The position numbers and the translations under genes were made by a program. The notes below the pieces were generated by a model. The model was not told the DNA's origin and did no database searches. It saw nothing but the letters and a program-made list of their open reading frames with translations. DNA of 64,000 nt from Octopus sinensis (Eukaryota), in NCBI RefSeq assembly GCF_006345805.1, contig NC_043009.1, forward strand, positions 18,972,001 through 19,036,000, given 5' to 3'. Of the stretch, positions 1-12,366 are shown piece by piece (positions within the stretch are counted from its first letter, which is position 1; the number at the start of each line of letters is the position of its first letter).

Positions 1-452
1 TTCGATTTACATTCCTAACTCCTCCCACATTTTGCGGTGCAGTTTAACCAAATTCGGGTATCTTATAGTCGTGATTCATATCGAGCCCGTCTGACTATTA
101 GCGCGCGTCAACGATGAGTCTACGATTTTAAAAATAATTTAACATCATTTTTTATTCCATTTTAATGCATAAAATGCATCATATGTCGATGGCGGCGGAG
201 TTGGCGTCCACGCTCACAGCTGCACCTGTTTGCTTCTCCCCTTCCCTCCCTCGTGAAGCTGTGGGGAAGGGAGTGTAAAGAAATCAACGTCGTAATGCGT
301 TGTGAAGGAAACCAGCGTTCTTTTAGAACAACGACTCATGGCTTGAAGACACCAAAACAAAAATGGCTAAGAAAGCCCGAATTTATAAGGGAAGTAACTC
401 TCTAAAAATGCTTATATAGTTATTTCCCTTACAAACCCGGGCGATACTGCTA

Positions 453-454
<2 letters not shown>
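1..454 (+). mobile_element. Non-autonomous Helitron-like element, 3' part (begins before the window)
   Basis: Ends ...CCCGGGCGATACTG-CTAG-T (CTAG at 450-453). Segment 395-454 is nearly identical to the 3' end of the element at 49147-49215, which carries a subterminal hairpin. It abuts a (TA)n tract. Confidence 0.55.

Positions 455-502
<48 letters not shown>
454..502. repeat. (TA)n microsatellite
   Basis: Directly visible dinucleotide run. Confidence 0.95.
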
Positions 503-504
<2 letters not shown>

Positions 505-699
505 AGAGGAATGAAGATAAGGAACAATTCTTTACAAAAATGAAGATATTAGGATGGGCAATAATGTTCAAGGGAATGTGACTTGTGAAGGAGTGCAATG
601 CATACAATTTCTTGTACTTTGTGAGGACATTATTATACAGACTAAGCTAATAATTCTAGATAGGTTTATAGGGAAGTTGCTGTGATTTTCATATTTTCA

Positions 700-1450
700 G
701 CCATTCAGTTTGGGGGAGAACTTTGTTATGAAGTATTATTACATATTTTTTCTGAAGAAGATGTCATTCCTTGGGGATGATAGAAGGGAAAGATCTTAAA
801 TCTTTCCTTTTCCACATGTTTCTAAGTGTTTACTCAGTGGAATCTTTTGCAGTTCCTCCTGTTGGATATGTTGTCGGTGAATTCTGGTTTGTTGGCAGAA
901 AGAATTTCCAGTTTCGCCTATATAATTCTCCTCGCGTGTGGGACGGGTTACGCAGTATATTACGTTCTGCGTCTTGCAATTCATGTCTGCATTTACTTCG
1001 AATGCGTGACCACTCTTAAATTTTATTTGTTTGTTTCCTTCTATGTATTTGTAGGTGGGGTTGCTACAAATTCCCCATATACCATCTCCACACACTTTTA
1101 CAAAGAATTCGGTTTTAGTTTCTGATGAGAATTTCGCTCTTGTTAGATGTTTCTTTAGGTTTTTGTCCTGTCGTCTACTGTTTTTTATGCAATATTTGTC
1201 TAGTATGTTTTCCATTTTGGGGCTTTGTAAGACTATTGGTAGGTTTGAATGTATGATTTAGAACATGTTGGTAACTCCAGGGTTGTGTGTGTTTATGAAA
1301 GGGATAATGTTTTCTTTGTTTTTCTTTTTTTTTTTGAGTTCTGAGATGTGTGATGTCCAGTTTCATTACTCTTGAGATTCCGAATTTTATTAATTTGAGT
1401 GGGTATTTCTGTCCTAGTAGGAAGTTTTTAAGTTCATTTAGTCATATTTG
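700..1450 (-). mobile_element. Penelope-like element fragment (Neptune-type thumb end and GIY-YIG endonuclease), degenerate
   Basis: ORF 796-1215: NCKTQNVIYCVT..EENYIGETG..RIHRQHI..IPLSKHLETC, i.e. GIY-YIG with the CCHH layout. Upstream frame gives LNELKNFLLGQKYP. Clearly homologous to ORF 57133-58035. Confidence 0.85.
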
Positions 1451-1649
1451 GCGTGTTTGTGAGTCGCTCTATATATACACACATATATTTATACACACAC
1501 TTTATAAATATATATACACATGATATGTATACACGCACACACACACATATATATATACGTCATGTATACGCATTAAATATATATATGTATATATATATAT
1601 ACGCATTATATATACATATGTATACACATTGTATACACACACGCACACT

Positions 1650-1691
<42 letters not shown>

Positions 1692-2097
1692 TAGATAGAT
1701 ACACATTATATATAGACACAGATTATATATATGAAATTAAGAAGGAGAGAAGACAAATTCAAAGGCCGATATATATATATTCATTCAAGCCATAATAACG
1801 TAATTCTCCATGGTATACAATATACATACATAGATGTATTCATCTATGTTATATATAAAATTACTAAGAATTTATAAATATATATATATACACGAAAATT
1901 TATAAATATATAAAAATTCATAGACATATAAAAATTTATAAACACATAAAAATTCATAAATGTAAATATACTAAAATATAAGCCCATAAATGTACTTGCG
2001 AAGTCCGAATGTTCGAATTTGAATCAATGAAGAGGAAGATCAAGAAAAAAAGGAGTGTAAAATGATTCATAAGGAATCCTAAACATGTATAAAATCT

Positions 2098-2495
2098 ATA
2101 CTATATACTCTTTTACTTGTTTCAGTCATTTGACTGCGGCCATGCTGGAGCACCGCCTTTAGTCGAGCAAATCGACCCCGGGACTTATTCTTTGTAAGCC
2201 CAGTACTTATTCTATCGGTCTCTTTTGCCGAACCGCTAAGTGACGGGGACGTAAACACACCAGCATCGGTTGTCAAGCGATGGTGGAAGGACAAACACAG
2301 ACACACAAACACATACACACACATATATATATATACATATATACGACAGGCTTCTTTCAGTTTCCGTCTGCCAAATCCACTCACAAGGCATTCTGCTATA
2401 GCAGAAGACACTTGCCCAAGATGCCACGCAGTGGGACTGAACCCGAACCATGTGGCTGGTTAGCAAGCTACTTACCACACAGCCACTCCTGCGCC
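2098..2495 (-). mobile_element. tRNA-derived SINE with an internal (CA/TA) microsatellite
   Basis: Minus-strand 5' head GGCGCAGGAGTGGCTGTGTGGTAAG with A-box-like TGGCTGTGTGG (2475-2485) and B-box-like GGTTCAGTCCC (2433-2443), and a short-repeat 3' tail near 2100. It resembles the abundant octopus SINE as I recall it; not database-verified. Confidence 0.85.
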
Positions 2496-2502
2496 TATGT
2501 AT

Positions 2503-2574
<72 letters not shown>

Positions 2575-2589
2575 TTATATATATATTAT

Positions 2590-2631
<42 letters not shown>

Positions 2632-3193
2632 GAATTAACACAAGAAATATCTGATTAATAATATCTGTTATGATTGTGCGGTGGTGGTGGGCGATAATAA
2701 TTCACCTTTCTAAAAGCCCTGTGGCGGGAATATTTATGATTTTATGTACGTATGTATGTACATATGTATATTGTAATAGACTTGATTTGGCAGTTATTTC
2801 TAGGATATTAATTGCCACGTAGAGAAAAACTTGCGGCTGTCTACGCTTTCTCTATATAGATACAGACAGACGTACAGAGAGAGAGAGAGGCGGTGGGAGA
2901 AAGAGTGACAGAGAGACGGCGAATACGGAGAGGGAAAGAGAGTGTAAGCTGTCAAACGTCCTTATAGAGAATGTGGAGGAAAGGGAAGAAAGAGAGAGTT
3001 CGAGGAAGAAAAGGTGATCGCCGAAAGAGAGAAACGACAAACAATTGTCAAAGTCCATTTAAAGACGAGGAATTTTGCCCTAGGCCACGCCTTTTAATCG
3101 AGCAAACTGAAATTTGCTATGCATACTCGGCAGCACGTTCCCCGACCACGCTTACTAACACTTTTATCAATATGTGGTGGGGGTATGTGTGTG

Positions 3194-3224
<31 letters not shown>

Positions 3225-3240
3225 AGTATGCACATGTGTG

Positions 3241-3280
<40 letters not shown>

Positions 3281-3699
3281 GTATATATATTTAAAAATAT
3301 ATTTTTAAAAACCTTCTCTAATGACACAATGTAATACGTGTGTTCAGGTTGGTTTACCACTAAAACTCCGACTTGAACAGTAGCTGAAACAAAGATGTTG
3401 CTGAAGCTGCCTATCAAAGATGGCCATAACTGGTTCATCATTGAATTGGTAGATATATATTAGAAAGAGAGATGGACAAGTAAAACATGTGGTATCACTT
3501 TACAGAGTGAAATCTATAATTGAATCGTAATTTCAGAGTAGTTATAGTAAATAAGGGATTAAGAAATTATACGTAAAGTTTCTTACAGTCGTTTCTAGAA
3601 TAGCTGAGCATGTGGATCATATGTTATTGAGCAAAGCTTTGCACGAAAGCCAGCTATTGTGTCTTTGGAGAAAAACAACTAATGAATATCTTTAATAGA

Positions 3700-4600
3700 A
3701 GATATTAGTAGATACCAGTTCATCGAAGAAGTAAACGACATACTTTCATAATCAGAGAATTAAGGAAATCCTTAGTAAAAGATAATAGCATTTCGTAGTT
3801 CCATATTTGAAGAATCAAGGAATACCCTTAGTAATAGACAAAAGAAGTTATTAGTTCCATCTTTGAAGAGAAAGTTAACACATATCAAAGGAAACTTTGT
3901 AAATTTCATAAAAGAACTTGCCGAAGACTGTTGTGCAGAAATAAGTCAGCAGCTTAAACGAGTTAATTTCCCATCTGAGACCATGCATAAAGAAATCCTA
4001 GAGGCAATATGCTCATCAGTAAAGAAATTGAAGATTCCATGTTTATTGATGCTTTATGTGATTGTTCTGACATGGAACAAGAACCAATTGTCGTTATGTT
4101 TCTGAAAACCAAGCTGTCCACGAAGATTTCCCCAGTTTTTATCACCCTCCTGGATACACTTCAGAGATACTAACTAAGGTTATTCTGGATGTTTTTTGTT
4201 GCTTAAACATTTCTCTGGGCTCAAAATTATGCTGCCTTTGGTAGCGCATGCACCGGGAGTGGAAACATTTCAGGCATACAAAAGCGATTAAAAGACATGT
4301 TTTTTCTGGTACATATTTTATACACTACAGAAAGCACTCTCTGGACGTTGTCCTCCAAGAAGTTGGATCTACAATTGCCCTGATCACTGATGCATTGAAC
4401 TTGTTCACCAATACACCATTCTTCTGGAAAGCGCTATGGACAAGCCTTTGTAATGAGAATGTTGTCATGTTGCAAGCCTGTATCTGTTGCCTTTTTGAAG
4501 ACCTGACTCCGTACCACAATGACGCAACACCGTCTGGCACAGTGTGCTGTAATGTATGTACATAAAATCTTGAGCAACGAAAACACTTTGGACATTCTCT
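3700..4600 (+). pseudogene. hAT-superfamily transposase relic (ZMYM1/P52rIPK-like type)
   Basis: GNFVNFIKELAE..SETMHKEILEAICSSV..KNQLSLCF (3863-4105) matches the hAT pattern GNFLELL..SPTIQNELI..KEQLSICLRYV. GSGNISGIQKRL and YFIHYRKHSLDVVLQ (4250-4360) match the DGA..G and CxxH regions. Contains frameshifts and stops. Confidence 0.65.
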
Positions 4601-4789
4601 TGGAAAACTTCATTGTTAAAACGAGCGAGTGTAGAAAATTTTTTTAATTGATTTGAAACATTACTCTTCCATATATAATAATAATAAAAGATCTTACTTA
4701 TGTTTGTTTTGATATTAAGATTTTTAAAAATCGGCAAATTTCTTTCTCGGGCCACTGGGTAAAGCATCAAAAGATGGAGGGAAGGGGCA

Positions 4790-5450
4790 ATGGGTCACGC
4801 ATTCCGAAATAAATGTATTCAACCGCGGCCCTCCTTAATGACCACAATAGCGTTGTCACGGAGAATGGCCAACGACACTCGTTGCCGCAGCTTCTCCACC
4901 TCGCGGGACTTATTTCTTAGACGATCAGCCGTTATCTCGATTTTGCGGAGAAAATCGGTAGTACGGGGTCCAAGAACACCTGACAACTGGTTTTGTAGCC
5001 GATGCAGTAAGGCTGGGGCCGGAGAACATGTCACTGCATGTCGCATCCCAGATTAGGGACGTTCCTCCCTCGAATTGAGAAAGAGTAATTCAATCGAGGC
5101 ACTTACCGTCACTGCGGTCGAGGCCTTTCGGCTCCAGCTGAGACGGAAAACTAACCACGTCGTGGTCTCTTCTAATTATGTCCTGCGTGTCAAGAGAATC
5201 GACCCGCGCTAATGCTGCAGGATAATGGATGCAGGCCGAATCCATCTACTACCACCCCACAACGACATTTGTGCAGCTCGCACACGCGGAGACCAAGGCG
5301 TTGGGCCTCTCCAATACAAGTGCACTCATCATCTAGAAGAGTACCGGTAGATGAGGAGGGCCCCGAATGGAGTCATGTACCACTATTTGGCTGCGAGGTG
5401 CAGCAGGCTGCGTAATGTCTTTGAGACCTTCCATCTTTGTCGTTAGCTCC
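4790..5450 (-). mobile_element. CRE-clade non-LTR retrotransposon, 3' fragment (Zn knuckle and restriction-like endonuclease)
   Basis: Minus-strand translation: QRLGLRVCELHKCRCGVVVDGFGLHPLSC..GRFS*H; LEPKGLDRSDGKCLD*IT..LIWDATC; GVLGPRTTDFLRKI..KLRQRVSLAILRDNA. These are the CRE-type C-terminal motifs (RLG..C.CG..D..G.H..C; EP.GL.R.DG.RPD; QR.S.A..RGNA). Confidence 0.85.
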
Positions 5451-5969
5451 AAGTGTAGTCTACTTGTTTAACATATACAAATGAAACAGACAAATTGAAA
5501 ACTTCATAGAAGATTGAGAAAAGGGTAAGTGTCGTTATTCTGAAAACCAGGAAAGACGGTAGGATAGAAATTGAAATTTGGAGAAAAATAGTTTCAGAGT
5601 CGTAATATTGGATGTAATTTCTGTATTTAAAATGTACAATTATAAATAATTGCAGTCTTCGCTTTTAAAAACGTAGGAATCCGAAGAATTTTTAAGAGAA
5701 AAAAAATGAGTTGGTGTGGAATGAGTTCTCCCCAAATTTAGCGATAATTCTATTTACACACGTGATATGAAAACTGATCTGTAGTTGCGTCAAGTCTGAA
5801 GATAAATGTAGTTTTACTAATGACATTTCGTAAGCCTTTTTTAAATACTCGCTGAGTAGTCCGTCGTTGTCGGGTCATTTTCACAAGAGAACACCTTTAT
5901 TTCAATTATTTTTTTCTTACATGTGCGATAAACATCTTGATCAGGGCAGATTTCTGCATCATCTGAGGC

Positions 5970-7143
5970 AATTTATAACGTCTCTAAAGACGAAGTTTTT
6001 TGTTTTTCCATTTAGTGCATAGATGTAAAGATCTTTTTTACTTCCTACTCCTGAACATCCAACCATGAGTTAAACAGAGGTCTCCAAATATGTAAACCGG
6101 CAACCGAAAATGTTTGCTCTTACGATTTGTTGATACTCATAGCAAAATTTAGATCACTGGAAATTGAAGACGTTTGAATTGAAATCGGACATTGTCTCTC
6201 GAGTCTGTGAGACAGAGGTTCTTGTGTGTTTAACATCTGATCCTATGCTCGGGACTCTCCTCAGAACGGGCATCGAGGACTCGTGTTCGCATGACATTAA
6301 TTCTATTCCTTCTCTGTTCGGATGCCTCCAGGGCTCGCCGCTGGTGCTGTCGTCCTAATGAAATTTTTTGCACATGTATACGCACATACTGGCACATAAC
6401 ACTCTCTGTCTCTCTGTCTCTCTGTCTCTCACACACGTGCGTGCGCGCGCACACACACTCACACACACACACACACACAGCGTGAGCGATATATATACAC
6501 AGTGAAAGAGTGAGGGAGTGTGGTAAATGCAGTCACAGATTTTGAAATTTCGAAATTAAGTGAAAATTTTCAAATTTGGCATATTGGTGTAATTTTTGAC
6601 GCTGAATCCGATTTTGTGATTTAATTATACCATAAAAGTTTTCGAAAAATGCTTACAGAGGTTTCAGATTCAACAATTTTTAACCAATCAGATAACAGGA
6701 TTTGGAAGCTAATATCTGCGTGATAGCTGTCTATCACAAATGAAAGTAAAAACATTACAACGACGAAGTTTTGAACAAAAGGATAGTAATTACATGTCAA
6801 ATAAAGATAGAGAGGTAGGAGCAGCGTATGTGAGAGATATACATATACAGAGAAAGAGTGTGAGAGAGAGAGTGTGGCAAATATGCATAGAGAAAGGGGG
6901 AAAGCGTAAGAGGCAGAGAGAGAAACAGACAGACTGGCAAACAGTTAAATACAATTGATACAGAGGCGTAGATTTAGTGATTTAACAGTCGAGCTATTTC
7001 TTGGAGCAGATTATACTTTTTATTACTAATTACCGAATACCTTGCCGTTAGGTCACAGATTCTGAAAACCAAATCTGTTTTTCTCGATGACGCAGTTTCG
7101 GGGCCGTTCCGTGATATACACATATACACTCTCATTTATATAG
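5970..7143 (-). mobile_element. Internally deleted Helitron: 5' end, charged N-terminal repeat, and helicase C-terminus
   Basis: Minus strand 5973-6190: RFQFKRLQFPV / FAMSINKS*EQT / LYIYALNGKTKNFVFRDVI, the RepHel C-terminus. 6230-6360: RRALEASEQRRNRINVMRTRVLDARSEESPEHR, resembling the ETPEQR-type N-terminal repeats. A Helitron-like 5' start (..CTATATAAATGAGAGTGT..) lies near 7143. The true 3' end was not found. Confidence 0.8.
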
Positions 7144-7147
7144 TAAA

Positions 7148-7290
7148 CTAGCAAACGCACCCGTCCTTTGGACGGTTTAAGTTGCTTTCGTGGTATTTTT
7201 TTTACCAAATAATTGAACTACCGAGAAGGTTTATGTGTAGCACGGCAATCTGTTTCCGATTAACCCAGGAACGGAAAATCAAAGTGTCGG
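7148..7290 (-). mobile_element. Helitron 3' terminus (hairpin and CTAG)
   Basis: Minus strand CCGTCC-AAA-GGACGG hairpin (7161-7175), followed 10 nt later by CTAG-T (7151-7147). Confidence 0.7.
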
Positions 7291-7299
7291 AAAACTGAC

Positions 7300-10200
7300 C
7301 CTAGAGAGCCTGAGCACGTTAGATCTCTCTCGCAACTTTTCAGCATATCGTGCTTTTCTCATTAAGGACCAAGTCTCAAACAGGTTGTTCATGGTCAATA
7401 CAAGATCAAATTGCAGTATTTTGCCTAAAAGGTTCAGCTCTAATAAGCTACAGTTATCCAGTATTTCCTCATACGCAGTGAACCAGTCTCCCATCAAAAC
7501 CTACGTTCAGATGTATTTAACTGTAGACCTTGCCTTGCGTCGAGATTTTAAAAGGATTTTTGTCATCGCCGACCTGCCACATCCTATTTCTTTTCTCGCT
7601 CATCCTACTGCAAACGCGAAACTATCCCTAACCGTCGACGCGTCCACGATCGCTGTCGGCGCCGTTTTAGACAACTTTTCACTCCTGGTAGATGTCAGGA
7701 AGCAGAGACTTGTGGATACTACCACATCTTCATCTACGCCTGCTCATGAATCTACCGCTGCTATCCTCAGCCCATCATTTTTTGTAGCTGCTGCCAGTAA
7801 CCAGTTCCATACTCTTCATGCTTCGTTTCCCGAGTTAACGGATCTCTCATTTAAAGGCTTTAGATGGCAGGGGTCGAATTCCCTCTGCGTCTATATTTTC
7901 AAGAAAGTGGATCTGGTACGTGCATACCACCAAATTCCGATGAACCTGGAAGATATACCCAGACAGTTCACTCGACTCAACATTTTATTACAACAACCGG
8001 TCCACCCGTCTTCTCTCGTCCACGTAGATTAGCGCCAGGCAGGCTCAAGAAAGCCCTCGCTCAATTCGAGCACATGCTCCAGCTCGGTCTAATAAGTCCT
8101 TCTACTAGCCCTTGGGCATCTCCGCTACACTTAGCTCGGATGAGTGAAGTGGATTTCAGACCCGTTCGTGGTTGCAAGAGACTAATGCTATCACCACACC
8201 TGATCGTTATCTTATACCCATCTTAAAGGATTTCTCTTATGTTCTCCATGGTTTCACTATATTTTCAAAAAAGTAGATCTGGTATGTGCGTACCACCAAA
8301 TTCCGATGAACCCGGAAGATATACCCAAAACTGCCGTAACCACCCCGTTTGGTTCATTCGAATTTCTGTCTATACCTTTTGGCCTGAGAAATGCTACCAG
8401 TACATTCCAACGCTTCACCGACGAAGTCGCACGCGGATTGAATTTTGCTTTTGCTTATGTAGATGACCTCCTAGTAGCCATCATCATCAACATCTATCTC
8501 AGTTCTTTCAACGCCTGCGAGCGTATCATGTAAAGATAAATCCAGCTAAATGTGTATTCGGTACTTCATTGGAATTCCTTGGACATCTTATAGACGCAAT
8601 GGGAATTCGACCCCTCCCATCTAAATTGGATGCTATTCAGAAAATTGCACCCCCTACTTCATTGAGACAAGGACGTCACTTTTTGGGGTTAATAAACTTT
8701 TACAGAACTTACATCCCGAACTACGCAGACAAGCTGTTTCCCCTGACACAACTTTTGGAATCCACAAAGAAGAAAGACGCATCTATTTCCCTTTCTGTTG
8801 ACACCTTGCAAGCTTTCGACTCCGTAAAGTCTGAAATAGGTAAAATTTCTTTTTCGCTCATCCTACTGCAAACGCAAAACTATCCCTAACCGTCGACACG
8901 TCCACGATCGCTGTCGACGCCATTTTAGAACACATAATCAACCAGAAATCTCAACCACCTACATTTTTCTTACGTCAACTCAAGCCAGCAGAACAGCGTT
9001 ACAGTACTTTTGACAGAGAGCTCTTAGCAGTTTATCTTCCTGTGAGACACTTCTGCCATCTCCTAGAATGTCGGGAGTTCACGGTATTCACAGATCATAA
9101 ACCTCTCACATTCGCTTTTCCGTCCAACTCTGATAAATACTCGCCGAGGACATACAGACACTTGGATTTCATCTCGCAATATACCAGCGACATTCGTCAT
9201 ATAGCCGGATCTGCAAACATATCTGCTGATGCATTATGTGTTCACTTTCGTCTCCTGCACACATCGATTTGGTTGCTATCGCCACAGACTAACCTTCTAA
9301 CCAATATTCTGTTCAGATTTGAATACTTACCTCTACCGGCTCACCTAGACCGCTTGTTCCACATCGTCATCAGCGTAGTACCGTTTTCGATGCTCTTCAT
9401 TCCTTGTCGCATCCCGGCATAGCCGCCACGGTAAAGCTCATTACAATCACCAGTTGGACATGTTCTTGACTTGCATCGAATGTTTCTCTCGATGGCCTGA
9501 AGCCAAACCTCTGATTGACATCACAGCTGAATCCGTCACCCAAGCGTTCATTTCCAGCTGGGTGGCGCGCTTTGGTGTCCCATCTAAAATAACCACTGAT
9601 AAGGGACACCAGTTTGAAGCTCCTTTATTCAGTGAAATATCACGACTTTTGGGTGCTCATCGAATTTATACAAGTTATCACCCAGCTTCCAATGGAATGG
9701 TAGAACGATTATATAGACAGTTAAAAGCTGCACTACGCGCTACTCCTGATCCGCAACCTTGGACCAAATTCCCTCCAATTGTTCTTCTTGGTTGCCGTTC
9801 CGCTGTTAAGACAGATTCAGGTTTCTCCTCAGCCAAACTTCTTTACGGCACCACCTTGATGCTTCCCGGTCAAATGTTCACACCAGTTGATTCATAAGAT
9901 TCTGATACGACATCATACGTCAACAGACTTCGTTCTTACTTTTCCAATCTTCTACCAATATCTCCACGGAACCAATCCATTTCTTCTGCTGTCCCATCAG
10001 ACATCTCTCAGTGGACACATGTTTTTATTCCGTTAAAGGACCTCTTACATCACCTTATTCTGGACCTTATCGTGTTCTGTTGCACTCACCAAAAAACTTC
10101 ATAGTCGACGTTAATGGTCGAAAACAAACAATATCCATCGACAGAATAAAGAAGGCTTTCTCAGAAAATCTCGTTCCAGAACCAGACATAGCACGTACAT

Positions 10201-10600
10201 TCACTCCTACACCGCCACATGCACCGCAAACACGACACAAAATTATCCAGAACCATTTATATTTAACGTTGTGTTACAAAACAAACTGTTTGCTGTTTCT
10301 TTTACAAAAGAACGCTCGTTCAAAAACATTTTCCCCATGCATGTTTCACACTGTATTTTTCGTATTGCCATGCTTTGCATTTAGTTTGATGTGCATAGCT
10401 GTGTAGCAAAAGCGTTGCTGCATCAAACTCTGCAATTATATTCAGTATCTATCCTGATTACATGTATTGATTTTCTCCTATTTTACTACTTGTCTTGCAA
10501 GCACATGTTTCTGCTGCCTCGTTTTGCTTCGTACCTGCCATGGATCACTACAATGATTTTGCTTATCGACTTCTCGTCTGAGGAGGGAGTTACGTAGTTA
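7300..10600 (+). mobile_element. Gypsy/Ty3 LTR retrotransposon pol relic (protease, RT, RNase H, integrase), scrambled and frameshifted
   Basis: Protease LFMVNTRSNCSILP and LTVDLALRRDF; RT DLVRAYHQIP, PFGLRNA, AYVDDLLV (8455-8466); RNase H TVDAS..VGA, DRELLA, FTDHKPL; integrase ITTDKGHQF, YHPASNGMVER; GPY/F motif SPYSGPYRV. A purine tract GAGGAGGGAG lies near 10580. Confidence 0.95.
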
Positions 10601-10939
10601 TGTCAGTTCCTGGATGTACGCATTGAGCCACGCCACTCGCCCCCCCCCCCTACGCGCGCACATTTTTGCCTTATTTGCTTTGAGACATGTGGCTGCAAAG
10701 TATGCTCATGTTACAAGTATGTAAAGTATGTTCATGTTACAAGCCTTTTCTTTCAACCCATTCTTATATTTTAAGGCATTATATCCAGTAATAAATATGT
10801 TGTGCCTTGTTATGAATGTCTCACAAGTTCTTATTTTTCTTTCTCGCCTGCAATTGTAAAATTGTAGGTTGTCACATACTGACATCACTATAGTTCCATT
10901 GTTGGAATGTAGATAACAAAAATTCACATTTTGAACTTG

Positions 10940-11720
10940 AGAAAAGTCTTTTTTCTGTTTCGCTAACAGATTGCATTTGTAGTGGTGCATATTATCTGAC
11001 TGATTTCTTTTTCTGAAAACCCCAGCTTTTCCAAATTATCATTTAGGCATTTACTCACAACGCCGAGTGCATCAGTTATTATTGGTATAAATGTGAATTT
11101 GTGATTTGGGTATAGAGCCTGGCGGTTTAGAAGCAGTTGTCCGTAGTTATCCTCTTTCTCTCTTATTTTTGAAGAGGTATTCATATCAGCAGGGCATCTG
11201 ACCTCTATAACGGTACATACTTTTACTGTTCTATCCCAAACAACAATATCCGGTGTGCTTTGTTTGTATCTCGTTGAAGTTTCGATTGGTATTTTCCACC
11301 AGTATTCTTTGTATTGGTGTTTTTGTATATATTCAGTAACAAGGAGGGGTGGCTTTTATTTATCCCATGATAGACTTTTTTTCAGGTAGCATTGTGTAAT
11401 ATACTGTTTTTGCGATAACGTCGTGTCGCTTGGGTGGTGGTACTTTGATGACATTTTGATCACATGTTTGATGTTTTCTACAGTCATGTGATATAATCGA
11501 TGTTTTCGGTTGTATGCTAAACTTTTCACATCCTGGGCTTCATTGAGGCTGTTTGGGGGTTGCATGGAAGGTCGCCAGGAAGAGAGTGCTTCCTGAGGAT
11601 TTCACTACCGCCATATGGGATATTTTCTTTGTTTTTCGCTACTCTTGTTTAGCAGGTGCTATATGAGAGAGATGATATGTCATTTGAAGGTTGTTAGCTC
11701 TACTTCTTGTAATTGTTTTT
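10940..11720 (-). mobile_element. R4/Dong-like non-LTR retrotransposon, 3' fragment (restriction-like endonuclease)
   Basis: Minus-strand RLYH..ENIKHVI (decayed Zn knuckle), YWWN, TPDIVVWD..CTVIEVRCPAD, KEDNYGQLL, FIPIITDALG..LEKLGF: the PD-(D/E)xK endonuclease layout of R4/Dong-type elements. Confidence 0.8.
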
Positions 11721-11781
11721 TAGGTTGAGCCTGTTGATAACACTTAGTTGTCCGGATGTTCTGCGTTCTTGTCCCATTTTG

Positions 11782-11849
<68 letters not shown>

Positions 11850-12284
11850 GCGGTGTACCTACACTTTGTTCTCTTATATGTAAGTACACATTTTACTAAA
11901 AATTTTGTACAATTCTATCAACCTTTTCACGCTTATTCGTTCATTCCACTTTGCCTTCTTTTGTTATTCACTTTTCACTTCACTATGTCCCTGTCATTTT
12001 TCTCTCCCCTCCTTAATTCTTCTGTCCATCTGCTTCTACAACTCTTCTCTCTCTTCTCTTCCCCTCCTTAATTCTTTTGGTCCTCTTTTTCTCTCTCTTT
12101 TTTTCCCACGTGACCGATGGGCCAGACTGCTAGCCTTCTTTTTGCGTCTGACTGTGGTCATTGCAACATCGATATTCATCCCTGTATTTGTGAAAGTTTT
12201 GTATCTCTGCTGAAAGGCTTCATTTCCACACACGGCAGCTGAATTCAATTCGTCCCCAGTCGAAAGACACCTGTTGTTATGTCT

Positions 12285-12292
12285 TGTTGTTG

Positions 12293-12360
<68 letters not shown>
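12285..12360. repeat. (GTT)n-(ATT)n compound microsatellite
   Basis: Directly visible. Confidence 0.95.

Positions 12361-12366
<6 letters not shown>

Noticed and set aside
10580-10700. Gypsy 3' LTR after the purine tract
   Set aside because: No matching 5' LTR or TG..CA boundaries could be found in the window.
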